NCBI GenBank assembly: GCA_025558095.1
Contig: JAIVFI010000026.1
Span: 1-64,000 of the forward strand
Source: Hyaloraphidium curvatum SAG 235-1
Taxonomy: Eukaryota > Fungi > Monoblepharomycota
Reading direction: 5' to 3'
DNA: 64,000 bases
The stretch's first letter is position 1, and each line of letters begins with the position of its first letter. The notes under the pieces were generated by a model, which had not been told where the DNA came from, did no database searches, and saw nothing but the letters and a program-made list of their open reading frames with translations. A program made the translations under genes and the position numbers. Below, in pieces: positions 10,283-22,188 of this stretch.

Positions 10283-10816
10283 ATGCCGCTCCGCCTGCTC
10301 CTCCTCCGGCACCTCAAATCCTCGCGGGACTCGCCGACCCCCGACGACCGCGACCGGCCGCTGTCGAAGCGCGGCAGGAAGGCGGGTCCGCTCGTCCGCG
10401 CGTTTCTCGCCTCCCGCGGCCCCGTGCCCGACGCCGTCGTGTGTTCGACGGCGCTGCGGGCGCGGCAGACGTTGGAGCTCGTGCGGGCGGCGCTGGGCGG
10501 CGCGGCGGAGCGGTTCGAGGACAGGGTGTACGAGGCGACGAGGGAAGCGCTGGCGGGGGTGCTGCGGGAGGAGTCGGCGCCGACGCTGCTCCTCGTGGGA
10601 CACAACCCGGGCATGGAGGAGCTGGCGACGTGGCTGACGGAGGGCAACCCGGGGAACGACGGGAAGGCGAGGGGGAGGATGGAGGACAAGTACCCGACGG
10701 GCGCGCTGGCGCTGCTCGAGTGCGACGCGGACACTTGGGGGGAGGCCGTGAAGAAGGGGGCGTGGAGGGTTGTCAGATTCACGACGCCAAAGGAGCTGGG
10801 AGCGGAGGAGGAGTGA
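10283..10816 (+). CDS. SixA-type phosphohistidine phosphatase (histidine phosphatase superfamily)
   Basis: LLLLRHLKS, DRPLSKRG, CSTALRARQT, LLVGHNPGM, YPTGA motifs; intronless. Confidence 0.9.
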   Translation: MPLRLLLLRHLKSSRDSPTPDDRDRPLSKRGRKAGPLVRAFLASRGPVPDAVVCSTALRARQTLELVRAALGGAAERFEDRVYEATREALAGVLREESAPTLLLVGHNPGMEELATWLTEGNPGNDGKARGRMEDKYPTGALALLECDADTWGEAVKKGAWRVVRFTTPKELGAEEE

Positions 10817-10939
10817 TCCCCGGCGGAGAGGGGTGGCGCGTCGGGCGGAGTGGGACGTCTTGGTTCACGGTGCGAGGAATCGGAATCTTTCTCCATCTCT
10901 CCGGGAAGCCGGCGACGCAGATTGTCCTCCACACGGTCT

Positions 10940-11684
10940 TCACAGCTTGACCTTGAGCCCCGACCCGCCCATCTCCCCCCTCGCCTCCTTCCCGTCCACC
11001 TCCTCCACCTTCTCCAGCAACATCTCCAGCGCCACCCTCGCAAACTCGACCATGTTCCACCCCCGCTCCGTCCGCCCCGTCCGCACGGTCTTGTGCGCCG
11101 TCAGGGTCGGCTTGGGGGACAGCCCGGCCTTCTGCGCGCCCTTGGTGCCCACGGCCGAGTACACGACGGCGAACTCGCAGTACCCGGCGGGGTTGGGCGA
11201 GTTCTTGCTCGTGCCCGGCCCCGCGATCCCGAGCTCCACGATGGTCCAGTGCGCTCTGCCCGAAAGCGGTTCGTCGGGAAGGACGAGAGCGCGGGAGAGG
11301 GAGGCCGACGCACCCGAGCTTCTTCCTGCTCCGCTCGCCCAACTCGATCGCCATCTGCCCCGCGCCCCACCGCCGGGACTTCATCTCCCTGATCCCAAAG
11401 TCGGCGAACTGCTCCCGCGCGTCCATCGTGTATATCTTCCCGGGCACGAATAAGGGCGCGTCAGCCCTCCCTGCCCGCCGAACGCGTCGAGGAAGGCAAC
11501 GCACCACGCTCCCGCCCTTGTAGAACGCGCTCGCGCCCGGGAACGCGAGGATGGCTGCCGAGATGATCCCGCCGCACGCGGACTCGGCGACCGATACGGT
11601 CTCCTTCCGCCGGACGAGCAGCGCGGCCAGGCGGTCGACGAGGTCCGCGAGCGCGGGCGGCGGGAAGCCGTGGTCGGCGGACAT
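10940..11684 (-). CDS. CinA C-terminal / PncC (NMN deamidase)-like protein, spliced
   Basis: VSVAESACGGIIS...PGASAFYKGGSV, GIAGPG motifs. Confidence 0.85.
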
Positions 11685-12187
11685 GGCGAAGGGCGCGGAG
11701 AGGCGGTGCGGGGAGCAGGAAAGGGGAGGAGGGCCTGGGAACAGGGAGGCAGACGGGTCGGGCCGTTGTCTCCTCACTTCACTCGCACCGATCCCCACGC
11801 GGCACGAGGATGCCGATCTTCGTCATGACCTCATCAGCACCGAACACTAAGCGGATCGAACCGGCCTGGCCGAAGAAACAGGGGAGATCGTACTCGATCG
11901 CGAGGTCGCGACCTCCCCGCGATCGTGCCCAGGCCCCTACCCGGATCCCAGGGGCGTTCCAAACAAATCCGTCCTCGACCCATTCCTGATGGCTCTAATC
12001 TCATCCCGGTGGGGCATTCGAGGGGCGGTGTGGCGAAGGCGCCGGGGTCCGGTCGACGTCTCCCACGCAGTCGCGGCCCGCGCTCCACCGCAACCCGTCG
12101 ATCGCGCCGCCGCCGCCGCGGAAACGGCCGCGACGCGCGCACTGCCGAGCGCATTCTTCGCGTGACCCCGCCCCGCCGCGCGCCGCG

Positions 12188-14276
12188 ATGCTCGACGTCG
12201 GCACCCTCGCCGCCGCCGGCGCCCTGGCGCTGGTCGCCGGCGCCGTCTACCTGCTGATCAAGGTGCGCCGCCGCACCGCTGCTCCTTGCCCCCGTTCTGA
12301 ACGGCCCGCAGTACCCGAACCGCGCGGCCTTCACCCCCGAAATGCCCGGCGTCCCCCTGGTGGACAACTCGCTGCCCCTGCTCGGCCACGCCTTCGAGCT
12401 CGCGAGGACGGCGCCGTACATGCACGAGTGGTACCTCGAGCTCGCAAAGAAGCACGGCGTGGGTCGTTGAACGGCGGCGGAACGGCCGGGGCGCCGGCTC
12501 ACGGCTACGGTTCGCCCAGGACGTGTTCCGGACGACCATGTGGCTCCCCGGCATGGCGCACGCGGACATGGTGACCACTCTCAACGTCAAGGACGTCGAA
12601 GGTCGGCTTCTCCGCCCCCCCTGGCCGAACTGGCCTGATCCGCGCACCCGAAAGCCATCCTCAGGGACCCGTACCTCTTCGAGAAGGGCGACGGCATGCG
12701 CGACATGAACCAGGACCTGTTCGGCCACGGCATCTTTGCGACGGACGGGGACCTGTGGAAGGTGCAGCGCAAGGTGGCCTCGAACATCTTCAACGTGCGC
12801 AACTTTAGGTGCGGATCCCGGAAACGTCTCCCCTCCTGCGTGCGCGTCCCGCTTACCTCGACCCCGCGCGGCTTGCAGGGACCTCTACGCGCCCATCTTC
12901 GTCGAGGACTCGACCAACCTCCGCCGCCACCTCTCGATCGTCGCCGACCACTGTAAATCGCATCCCGACGCCTGCGTGGACATCCAGGACCTCCTCCTCC
13001 GCTCGACCATGGACTCGTTCGTCAAGCTGAGCATGGGCGGGCAGCTGGGCAACCTCGCCGGCGAGGGCACGTTCGATGCCGAGGGGAGGTACCGGCTGCA
13101 CGAGATACCCTTCGCCAAGGCGTTCGACCTGCTCAACTCGCACGTGACAAAGCGGTTCCAGAACCCGCTGTGGAAGATCACCGAGAGGCTGGATGGCACG
13201 CACGCGCAGATGAGGTCGTACCAGAAGACGCTGGACGACTTTACGCTGTCGATCGTGCGGAGGAAGCGCGCCGAGAGGGAGAAGGACGCGTCCAAGGGGA
13301 GCAAGGAATCCGGCGGCGATTTGCTCGATTATTTCTTGAACGTCAAGGTGGATATCTCGCGTTCCGCCGCCATCATGTGCTCACGCGTGCCGCAGAACGA
13401 GGACGGGACGGACATCTCCGACAGGCAGCTCCAGGACACGGTCCGCAACATGATCGTCGCCGGTTCGTCCCCCGCATCCTTCCGCTCCTCCGCCCCGCTT
13501 TTTTGACGCCCGCCCCGCGATCCGCGCAGGCCGCGACACCACCGCGCAGACCATGTCCTGGGTCGTCTACACCCTCTCGCAGCGCCCCGACGTGGCCGAC
13601 AAGGTCCGCGCCGAGATGGACGCCGTCATCGGGCCCGACAAGGACAAGCTGCCGGACTACTCGCACTTCAACGGGCTCAAGTACTCGATGGCCGTGTTCA
13701 ACGAGGTTCTGCGGCTCCACAGCAACGTCCGTGGGTATCCCCCTCCCGTGCGCCCCTTGCGTCCGACGAAGCAGCTGACATCCCGCGGCCAGCGTTCAAC
13801 TTCAAGCACCCCACCCAGGACACCGTCCTCCCCGGCTCCGGCACCAAGGTCTTTGCCGGGCAGCGCGTGCAGTTCGTCACCTTCGCCATGGGCCGGTACG
13901 ACAAGATCTGGGGGCCCGACGCCGAGGAGTTCAAGCCCGAGAGGTGGCTGGACGAGAAGGGGTCGCTGCGGAAGGAGGATTCGTACAAGTACCCGGTTTT
14001 CAACGCGTGGGTTTGCCCGTCCCTTGGGCCCGCGCGCGTTCACAGGTTGACGGCCGCCCGTACCGCAGAGGCCCGCGCATCTGCCTCGGCATGGACCTCG
14101 CCCGCCAGGAGGCCATGGTGCTCATGGCCGCCATCTTCCGGCGCTTCCGGCTCACCGTGGTGCGCGAGGACGACCCGGAGAAGTACGGAGACCCCGCGGG
14201 GAAGAGGGGGAGGTACGACCTGCAGGTCACGCTGGCGGTGCGCAAGTCGCTGGACGTCAAGGTCGAGGCGATCTGA
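12188..14276 (+). CDS. Cytochrome P450 (fatty-acid/alkane hydroxylase-like), multi-intron
   Basis: GIFATDGDLWKVQRK, AGRDTTA (spliced), EVLRLH, FKPERW, FNAGPRICLG heme motif. Confidence 0.95.
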
Positions 14277-14887
14277 GCATCGGCGGTTCGGTGGCGATCG
14301 GGGCACCGTCGCTTCGGAAGCTGCTTTTTGGCCTTTGGATCGGGTTGCTCGAGTGCGAACCTTTGTAGCAACGTGCGGAGTAAAACAATCGTTGGGATTG
14401 ATCTTGCCCAATGGCCGTTCTTTTCTGGGCTTGATCCGCCGCATCGTGGAAGTGAGTCGCCAACAACGTCGGCGAGTCGACTCGCCTCCACCTCGAGGCG
14501 ACTCGGCCAATCAACCCCAGCTCCTTGTCCACCGACGACGATGGCGCTGCCTCCGCGCGTTGCCTCTACGGTCGTCTGGACCCGGCCCTCTTTCCGGGCC
14601 ACGGTGGGCGCCTTCATGCTGGGCAACGCGTTCGGCAATTTCGCGTTGGTCGGAGGGTTCCTTCTGGTCTTGCTCCGCCTTTGCTAGATCCCGTCCTCTG
14701 ACCTGCTCGTGCTCGTGGCAATCTACTACGTTCATGTGTTTCTGCCGCGCGCCCCAATCACCGGCTGGGCCACGCGAGGCAGCACCCGCGCCATGGATCC
14801 GAACGACGTCTCCCTGTACTTCGACCTCCGAGCCCTGACGATCGACCCTCCCGGCGAAACCGAAATTGTCGCCGGAAGGAGCTACAT

Positions 14888-16209
14888 GTAAATGTAATAT
14901 AACCTCTCTTACGATGGTAGATATGCTATCTACCCTCTCTCTTTTAGGTGTTCATAAGACTCCTGTAGAGATTACGGTACTCCCCTTTCAGTTAACCCAA
15001 CTCCAGCTTCACCTTGTGCTGGTGTCCCTTCTCTTCATTAGCTTAGTGAGTGCGTAAATTGGGAATTATCTCCACAGTGAGCTGGGTTGGCCTTCTTGGA
15101 CTTCTACTACCCTCTCTGGAATCATGCTTATACTATCCTTTTTGGTACGTTGGCCATGATGACTCTAGGGGCTCATGTGATTACCTGTTCCTTTCTAGGA
15201 CTTTACCATTGGTTAACACGTCTTTTATGGTGATTAGCTGTTATCTTCGCTGTAATAAGTCTAACTTTGGCTCTTCCACGTCATGTGGTGCATGCCGACG
15301 AGCCGAAAGGCAAGGAGCATGCCCCCACTCCGGAACCCGAACCCGAATCGGAACCGGAATCGGACGATGAATTTTATGCTTATTACAATGAGGGTTCTTC
15401 TAATCCCCGTATGCCTCAGACCGTTACGGTGCGCCCACCTTCTCCTGGCCTCAATACCAATCCTGAGTCTTCTTCTCGCACGAAATATAATTCTCAGGCC
15501 GGTGTTGATGATTGGGATAATCGCATCGTTAACGTATTACACCCGGCGTTTCGTGAAGCGGACGAGAAACATAAAAAAGTTTCTCGTCACCTTCGTCGAG
15601 CTCGTCGTGAGGGAGGGTCCGAGGCTGTTATCAAATTGGCCAGTCAAGTTGCGATTGGCAAATGGTGGAAGTTGAGTAAGAAAGTTTATAAGGCTGAGCG
15701 CGACCTTCATTCTGAAGATGGTGACGCTCATAACTTGACTCAATCTTATCGCAACGACTTCCTTGATAACTACTTGGATAGTTTTGCAGCCTCTGGGGTT
15801 CTCACTAAAGATGAGTCTATCAAGGCTGCTGCTATTGCTCTCTCTTATATTTTAGACCAAAATAACAATCAATAGTCTGATAAGTTTATCATGGTTTGAT
15901 TAGAGTCTCATCTTCATTAGCTCCCCTTGTTACTTTACTTTCAACTTTCCCCTCACTACAAAAAATTACTTTATTATTTGATGGTTGCTACCATTTATGC
16001 CGATATGCCTTTACCCTGGGCTATTGGATTTCAGGACATTGGAAGCCCTACCTTCTATGGTCTTGTAGAACTACACGATCACATCCTCTTTTATCTGGTC
16101 GTCATTTTGGTACTGGTATCTTGGTTCCTTATTCGCGGAATGCTTATGAACAACGCCATTGTTTATACTCACCACTTCCATGGGCACCTCATTGAGTTTC
16201 TCTGGACCT
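14888..16209. other. Nuclear insertion of mitochondrial DNA (NUMT)
   Basis: Abrupt AT-rich block containing the cox2 5' end; flanked by TACAT at 14883-14887 and 16210-16214. Confidence 0.9.
15267..15875 (+). other. Unidentified mitochondrial-type ORF within the NUMT
   Basis: 202-codon open frame in AT-rich DNA with PEPEPESEPE tract; may extend to ATG 15156 if TGA 15231 is Trp. Confidence 0.45.
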
Positions 16210-16212
16210 TAC
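15981..16212 (+). pseudogene. cox2: cox2 5' fragment (mitochondrial origin)
   Basis: DMPLPWAIGFQDIGSP...LVELHDHILFYL...HGHLIEFLWT, the conserved Cox2 N-terminus, truncated at the insertion edge. Confidence 0.95.
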
Positions 16213-17071
16213 ATCTTCGGCTGCAGCCCGCACGGGATCCACGCCTTCGGCACCCTGCTCTTCGTGGACCGCACACCTCCCCCCTCTACTCGGCATACCC
16301 GTTCCTGCGCGACAGCACGGTCGGCACCGCTGCCAGCGTCGTCTTCCTGATCCCCGTGCTCCGCGAGCTCCTGCTATCGGTCGGGTACCTACACGCCTCC
16401 CGCCCGGCGTGCGAACGGGCGATCGCCGAGGGCAAGAGCCTGTGGATCGTCGTCGGGGGGGAGGCCGAGAGCCTTCGGAGCTGACCGAGGACGGACGATG
16501 TGGTGATCGCGGGCAGGAGGAAGAGGGGCTTCGCGAGGCTGGCACCGGAGACGGGCGCAGAGCTCGTCCCGACGTACTGCTTCCACAAACACCGACACGG
16601 TGCGTTGCAGCTGCCGTTCGCATTGACAGGCCTGATTCATCGTGCCTGCAGTACGCGACCAGCACCGGCTTCCTGTACGGCTTCCGCAAGTGGCTTGCGC
16701 ACCGCACCGCATCTGCATCCGCTCCCTTTCAACGTGCAGCTCACCGTGGCCGTCGGCAACCCCGTCCCATGGCCTGCCGGATACGACGATGCCATGGCGG
16801 AGGCGAGGACGGTGCCGCTGAATGGGGACGGGGAAAGGTGGAGGGCGCCCGAGGGGATGGTGGACGAGTACCAGATCGCGTACCAGGAGGCGCTCGGGGC
16901 GCTGTTCGAGAGGTGCAAGGCGGCGGCAGGGTATCTCCCCGAACGAGCTCTTAGGATCTTTGAGGACTAGGATCGCAAGGCAGCCTCGGGCATCGACCAA
17001 GGTCCACGCCCGGGCAAGGTCGAAGTTCGCGTTGAAGTTCATGTCAAATCTCGTCCACGTTTGCGTCGTCC

Positions 17072-17600
17072 CTATCCCGCGACGTCCGAGCCATCGTCGG
17101 ACTCCACCGGCATCTCCTCCATCGGGTGCGCCGGCCCCGATTCATCGCCAGGCTCCGACACCCGGTCATCCTCGTCGGTCGCGTGGGCGCTCCCGTCCAG
17201 CTCCTCGTCCCCCGGCACCCCCCCTTCGGCCCCGCCAAACCAGCCGACCTCATCCATCCACGCCGCCACGGACTCGGTGTCCCACTCGAGCCCCTCGCCG
17301 GGGACATGCCCCTCGTACCGCTGCGCCTCGCTCTGCACGCCGGCCCTGCGCAGGCGCCGCCGCGCCCGCTTCCCGCCCGCGAACGGCGAGTGGAACACTT
17401 CGGCCAGGGACGTCATCGCCGAGGCAAAGTGGGAGAGCTGCGCGGGGCTTAAGGTGGCGTCGATCACGTCGAGGGTGCGGAGGTTGCGCAGCCGCGCTAC
17501 GGCGGCCAGGGACTCGGTGTCGAGCTCGACGGCGCAGAGGTAGAGGGACAACAGGGCTGGCAGGTTTGCGACGGCTCGTGGGTCGACGTCGTCTTTCGCC
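17072..17600 (-). pseudogene. Startless LRR-like gene remnant
   Basis: LPALLSLYL, LRNLRTLDV repeats and acidic tail; no ATG between the Sec1 stop and the LRR repeats. Confidence 0.4.
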
Positions 17601-17681
17601 GCGTCGTCGTGACCGCCGTCGTGGTCCGTTTGGTCACAGAGCACCGAATCGCGCAAGATCCGGTCGAAGTACACGCGCCCC

Positions 17682-20450
17682 CTACCCCTTGCCCAGCTTG
17701 AGCTTCCCAAACAGCCCCTTCTTCTTCCCCGCCACCTCGTCCAGCGTCCCCTGCCGATTCGGTTCCGGCTTGGGCGGCGCCGCCCGCGCCTGCTGGGGCG
17801 CCGCCGGGGCCTGGGCAAACACGGGGGAGACGGCGACGGCCGGAGGCGGCGACGCCGGCGGGGAGGAGGGTACGGAAGAGGGCGGGGCGCCGCCGGCGGT
17901 AATGGAGGAGATGGCGGATTCGAGGAGGCGCGCGTCCTGGGTGATGTCGGTCTGCGTGCCTGCCGGGTTGCGGAGGTCGCGCAGGTTCTTGACGAACTCG
18001 GCCGGGGTGATGAGCGCGTCGGTTCCTGCGAATCGGTAGGGTCAGCGCTCAGCACGTCGATCTCCGTGCTCGAGACCCACCGAGGACCACATCCCGCCGG
18101 TCCTTCTTCATCACCTCGTACGCGCTCCTCAGCTCCGAGTAGGTCAGGCCCCCCAGGACAAACACCACCACCCTCCCCCCGTTCCTCCTGAGGTCCTCCT
18201 CCGCGCCCATCTCGTCCGCCGCCCTCTTGAGCGGGTTGGTCTCGGCCTCCCGCGCCAGCTGCGCCGCCAGCGTCTGCGGCGTCTTGGTCGCCCAGGTGGG
18301 CTTGGTCGTCCGCAGCGAGACGATCTTTCCCCTGTCCGGATCCAGGCTGGCGATCCGGTTCGGCGGCACCCCGGGCTTGGCGGCCGCCGCGGCGGCCGCG
18401 CTCCCCGAGGGGGCGTCGGGGGGCAGCTCCTTGGTGTAGGGAAACAGCTCCGGGTCCAGGCACCCGCGCGCCTCGTCCTCCATGACGTACTTGAGCGTCG
18501 GCACGTACCGGCTCAGGTCGTACGGCCGCTCCTCCTCCTCCGCGCCCTTCTTCTTGGTCCGGGCGTTGCGCACCGTCGAGCCCTCGTAGTAGCGGCGGGG
18601 TTTCGGGACGGTCGAGGACCGCGGGCCCAGGGAGAGGCGGCAGCCGAGGAAGGTGAGGTTGGAGAGGGACTCGACGTCCTCGGGGGTCAGCCGGGCCGAG
18701 GCGATGAGCTTGCGGCGCTCGTCGTCCGAGATGCCGTCGCGGGCGATGAGGTAGAGGATGAGGAGGCGGAGCTTGTCCAGGTTGCTGGTGTCCGGCGGCG
18801 GGTGAGCTCGAACTCTCCACCGCAGGCGGGAAAGCCCTGACCGACCTGACGAACTGGTCGTCCAGCAGGGGCACCATGTCCACGACCACGTTCTTGGGCA
18901 CCTCCCCCTCGGCCGTAGCCCCCGTCGCCATGTCCTGCTCTATCCCCCCCACGCTCGCCAGCTTGCGCCGCTCGAACAGGCCCATCGATTCCTGGCACAG
19001 GTTGATGTGCGCCGCGAACTTGGTCTTGAGCTCCTGGAACTGCGGCAGCGCCGCCAGCGTGGCCTTCATGTCCTTCAGGCTGGCCGCGGCACCGGCTTTC
19101 GCGCCGCCGGCGCCCAGGGCCGACTTGGCCGCCGCGTTGCCGCCGACAAAGGCGTTGAACTTTTCGATGGTGATGTTGATGGTCTCGGCGATGTGCGAGT
19201 GCCGGATGCGGACCCAGAGCGGGTCGCTCTCGTCCAGCGTAACCGACTGCACGGCCCCCTCGGCGGTGGTGTAGGTGTACTTGTTGCCGTCCTGGATCTG
19301 GAGGAGGTCGTTGATCATGGCCTGGTAGGTGAATTCGTGGAGGAGGGGGGCGACGGGGTCGATGCTGCGGTCGGCGATGATGAGGGTGGCGCGGTGGTAC
19401 GGCGAGGCGGGGGGGAAGTCGGGGTCCAGGCGGCACAGGTCGTCCATTTCCTGGGCGGCGGGCCGGGGTTAGGAACCCCGGCAACGGAGACGGCGACCGT
19501 TACCGCCCACCTGCTGGACCAGGTTCGCCAGCCGCCCCGTCAAGGACTCGCCCCCGACGCGCGCCTGGGTCCCGTCCCACCACCGCACGTTCGGGTACTC
19601 GCCCAGCGTTGCCATGACGCTGACGATCCGCTTCGCGATCGACTGGAGCTCGAAGTTCTGGTTGGCGGGGGGGGAGAGGGGGGAGAAGATGCGGTGGAAG
19701 GTTTCGGGCGAGTCGAGGGTGAAGCAGTGGGATTCGAAGGCTGTGAAGGAGATGGGACGCGTAAGAGGAGGTACACGGGCCGCGCGGGCAGGCGAGATCC
19801 CACTGATGAAGTCGACAAAGAGCTCCTTGCAGGTCTTGATGTAGCGCGACGCCGACGTCGACTTGAGCTTGTTGAACAGCCGGTCCGAGAGTGCTGAGGG
19901 GGGCAGCGATGTCAATGACCGCCGTGATCACCGAAAACGGTCTCCCAAAAGTTCACCGCTGGAGAAGAAAAGGTGTGCGGCCGCGTACAGCGCCTTGCCC
20001 TCAAAGTCTTTGGTGAACCGGTTGACCGAGTCTTCGTCCGGCGACAGGAAGTAGATGGCCTCCAGGTTCGGGTACGGTTGCCGATTCCGCGTCAGGTTCT
20101 CCACCACTGATTCCGGTACCGCGCGGGAAAGAGGGGGGGAGACCAACGGTGAGACTCGGCCGACACGTCGACGGGCGGGAGTCGCGTGCCGCGGCCCCGG
20201 GGCCCGAATCCCCCGGGCATCCCGCCTCTTCCGACAGCCACCGGCTCTACCCACGCGTGACGTTCTCCTCCAGCACGTCCCAGACGCGCAGCACGCCGTT
20301 CATGATCTTGAGCGACTTTGCGTCGACCACCATCAGCTTCCACTTCCCCGGCGGGTCCACCGAGCGGACCATGTCCGTGATCAGCCGCTTCTTGAGCAGC
20401 GCGGGCAGCGTGTGCGGCGCCGGGCCGCCCGCCGGCGCCGGGGCCGCCAT
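17682..20450 (-). CDS. SEC1: Sec1/Munc18 family vesicle-fusion protein, multi-intron
   Basis: KWKLMVVD, RQPYPNLEAIYFLSP, TLGEYP, DRSIDPVAPLLHEFTYQAM, YDLSRYVP, VFVLGGLTYSELR. Confidence 0.95.
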
Positions 20451-20518
20451 GGCTGCTGGTCGTCCCTGCAGCGCTTTCGGGGCGGGCTAGGGATTTGCTG
20501 CACGAACCTCGCCGGGCC

Positions 20519-21283
20519 ATGGCCGGGCTCTCGGTCTATGCGTGCCTGCCCGAGCGCGGCCCGCGGTTCGTCGAGGTCCCGCTGTACGCGACATCGTCTG
20601 GCCGCCGGCTGCGGCGCGCCGTTGCGTGGGAGCTCGGGTTCCGCAGCGGCGACGAAGACCGCGTCGTCGAGCTGCGGCACTGCGGCCCGCTGCGGCCGGA
20701 GCACCCCGAGGCCGAGGCCCTGTGGAGCGCCGCGCGGCCGGTGGCGGAGGACGACGACGTCGACCAGCGCGGCATCGCGGGGGGCTTCTTCGTGGCCCGC
20801 ACGGCCGGCTGGCGGCCGGCGCCCCTCTGTGCCCCGCTCCCTCGCGCCGCCGGGGGCGACCCCGAGCCGGGCTTCCCCTCGATCACCGTCATTTTTCCCG
20901 AGCTCGGGCTGCCCGCACGCATCTCCATGCGTGGCGTCTCGGACGGACGCGCGCTGAAGGCCGCGGTGCGCGAGCGTTTCCGCCTGGACGCCCCACGCTT
21001 CTCGGCCCTCGAATTGCGGCTCGCGGGCTTGCACCCACCGGCACACCCGGACGCGGAACGGGACTGGGACGTCATGGCGCCCATCGAGGACGGGGACCCG
21101 TTCCCGGACAGGGAGAGGGGTTTCGACTGGGGTTGCTTCGTGGTGGCACGTTGCGGAGCGCCGGCGAGAAAGGAGGACGGTCCGCCGACGGCACAGGGGA
21201 TATTGCGTGGCGCTGTGTCGGGGTTGGCGTCCCTGCTTCGGGTGCACGCGGGGGAGCGCAGTGGCGTCGGCATTGTGCGGTAA
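20519..21283 (+). CDS. Hypothetical protein X (copy 1), possible tandem ubiquitin-like domains
   Basis: 254 aa; paralog at 36240-35476 differs mostly at synonymous sites near the 5' end, supporting coding status. Confidence 0.7.
   Translation: MAGLSVYACLPERGPRFVEVPLYATSSGRRLRRAVAWELGFRSGDEDRVVELRHCGPLRPEHPEAEALWSAARPVAEDDDVDQRGIAGGFFVARTAGWRPAPLCAPLPRAAGGDPEPGFPSITVIFPELGLPARISMRGVSDGRALKAAVRERFRLDAPRFSALELRLAGLHPPAHPDAERDWDVMAPIEDGDPFPDRERGFDWGCFVVARCGAPARKEDGPPTAQGILRGAVSGLASLLRVHAGERSGVGIVR
20600..21171 (+). repeat. Left arm of 572-bp apparently identical inverted repeat
   Basis: Reverse complement of 35588-36159; translations match in multiple frames. Confidence 0.92.
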
Positions 21284-21303
21284 TGGTGGAGGCGAATGCC
21301 AGT

Positions 21304-21655
21304 CTACATCATCTTCATTCCCCCGACCCAAGCCTTGCGCAAGATTGGGATCGCCGCCATCGTTGCGGCAAGAAGCGCCACCCAGATCCCAGCTTCCGGG
21401 TCCAGCCCGCGCGCAAACAACCTCATGACCAGCAGTGAAACGCCAAGAAAAGAGGCAAAAGCTTGAAGGAACGGCACTTTTTGAGCTTGCTTCATGTCAT
21501 CCTCCAGCTTTTTGGTGTCCGTTTCGAGTTGTCCCAGGCGGCGTTCCATGCGCAGGAGCCCCTCGTTGTCGTCGCCCTCGAGACCGGAGGCGGCGGATCT
21601 GCGGCGAGAATCAGGGGCCGCCCGCTTATTGGAAGCAGGCTAAGTACCCTGACAT
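21304..21655 (-). CDS. Small coiled-coil + 2-TM protein Y (copy 1), one phase-2 intron after ATGTCAGG
   Basis: ...QKVPFLQAFASFLG...WVALLAATMAAIPIL; homologous to 35090-35451. Confidence 0.65.
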
Positions 21656-22188
21656 GGCTGCCGACGGCGCGTGCGTCCTTGTGACGGGGAGGAAGGTGGT
21701 GACGTGGCACCCCTGCGCAACCAGTCGCCGAGGCACGTCTGCGGGCGTCAGCGCGTCAGCAAGTCTCCGAACGTAAGCAAAGAAGTGCGCTCACGAGCTG
21801 AAGATTGGCAGCCCAAGGGAGCGAGCGCAGGCAGCGAGAACAAGTGTACAAGACTTGGAGTCGAGTGATGGCAGGCCACGTCAACACCCACAAAAGAAGG
21901 CTACGTCAACACTCATAAACCGACTTTCAGGCCGAGACACTTTATTCGTTGAGGTATTGTTTTGGCGGACGGGCCCCTCTATCTTCTCGAGGACCTACTA
22001 CAACTTCTGCAGGGCGGCGGGCGCGCAAACTCGGAGCGGTCGGGGGGTTGCGGCCAGCTGCTGATTCTTCGTAGCTCGTGGCGCATCATGGCGCGGAGTT
22101 GCTCATCACATCGAGGCGGATCGCGATTCCCCGCGTTCCTGAAGGGACTGGTTGTCCCCGAGCCTCACCCGCGGACGTCCCGCTGGCC

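Larger units (their letters stand above)
14541..16970 (+). pseudogene. DGAT2/MOGAT-family acyltransferase pseudogene interrupted by a NUMT
   Basis: Reconstructed GRSYIFGCSPHGI, IVVGGEAE, RKRGFARLA, LVPTYCF, VAVGNPV; in-frame TAG 14685, TGA 16482, frameshift ~16273. Confidence 0.88.

Noticed and set aside
16482-16484. In-frame TGA in the DGAT2-like gene as a second Sec codon
   Set aside because: The gene also has a TAG, a frameshift and a NUMT; no SECIS noticed; simple decay explains it
17072-19447. 791-aa Sec1 fusion ORF
   Set aside because: Artefact of reading through introns in GC-rich DNA; spliced Sec1 stops at 17682
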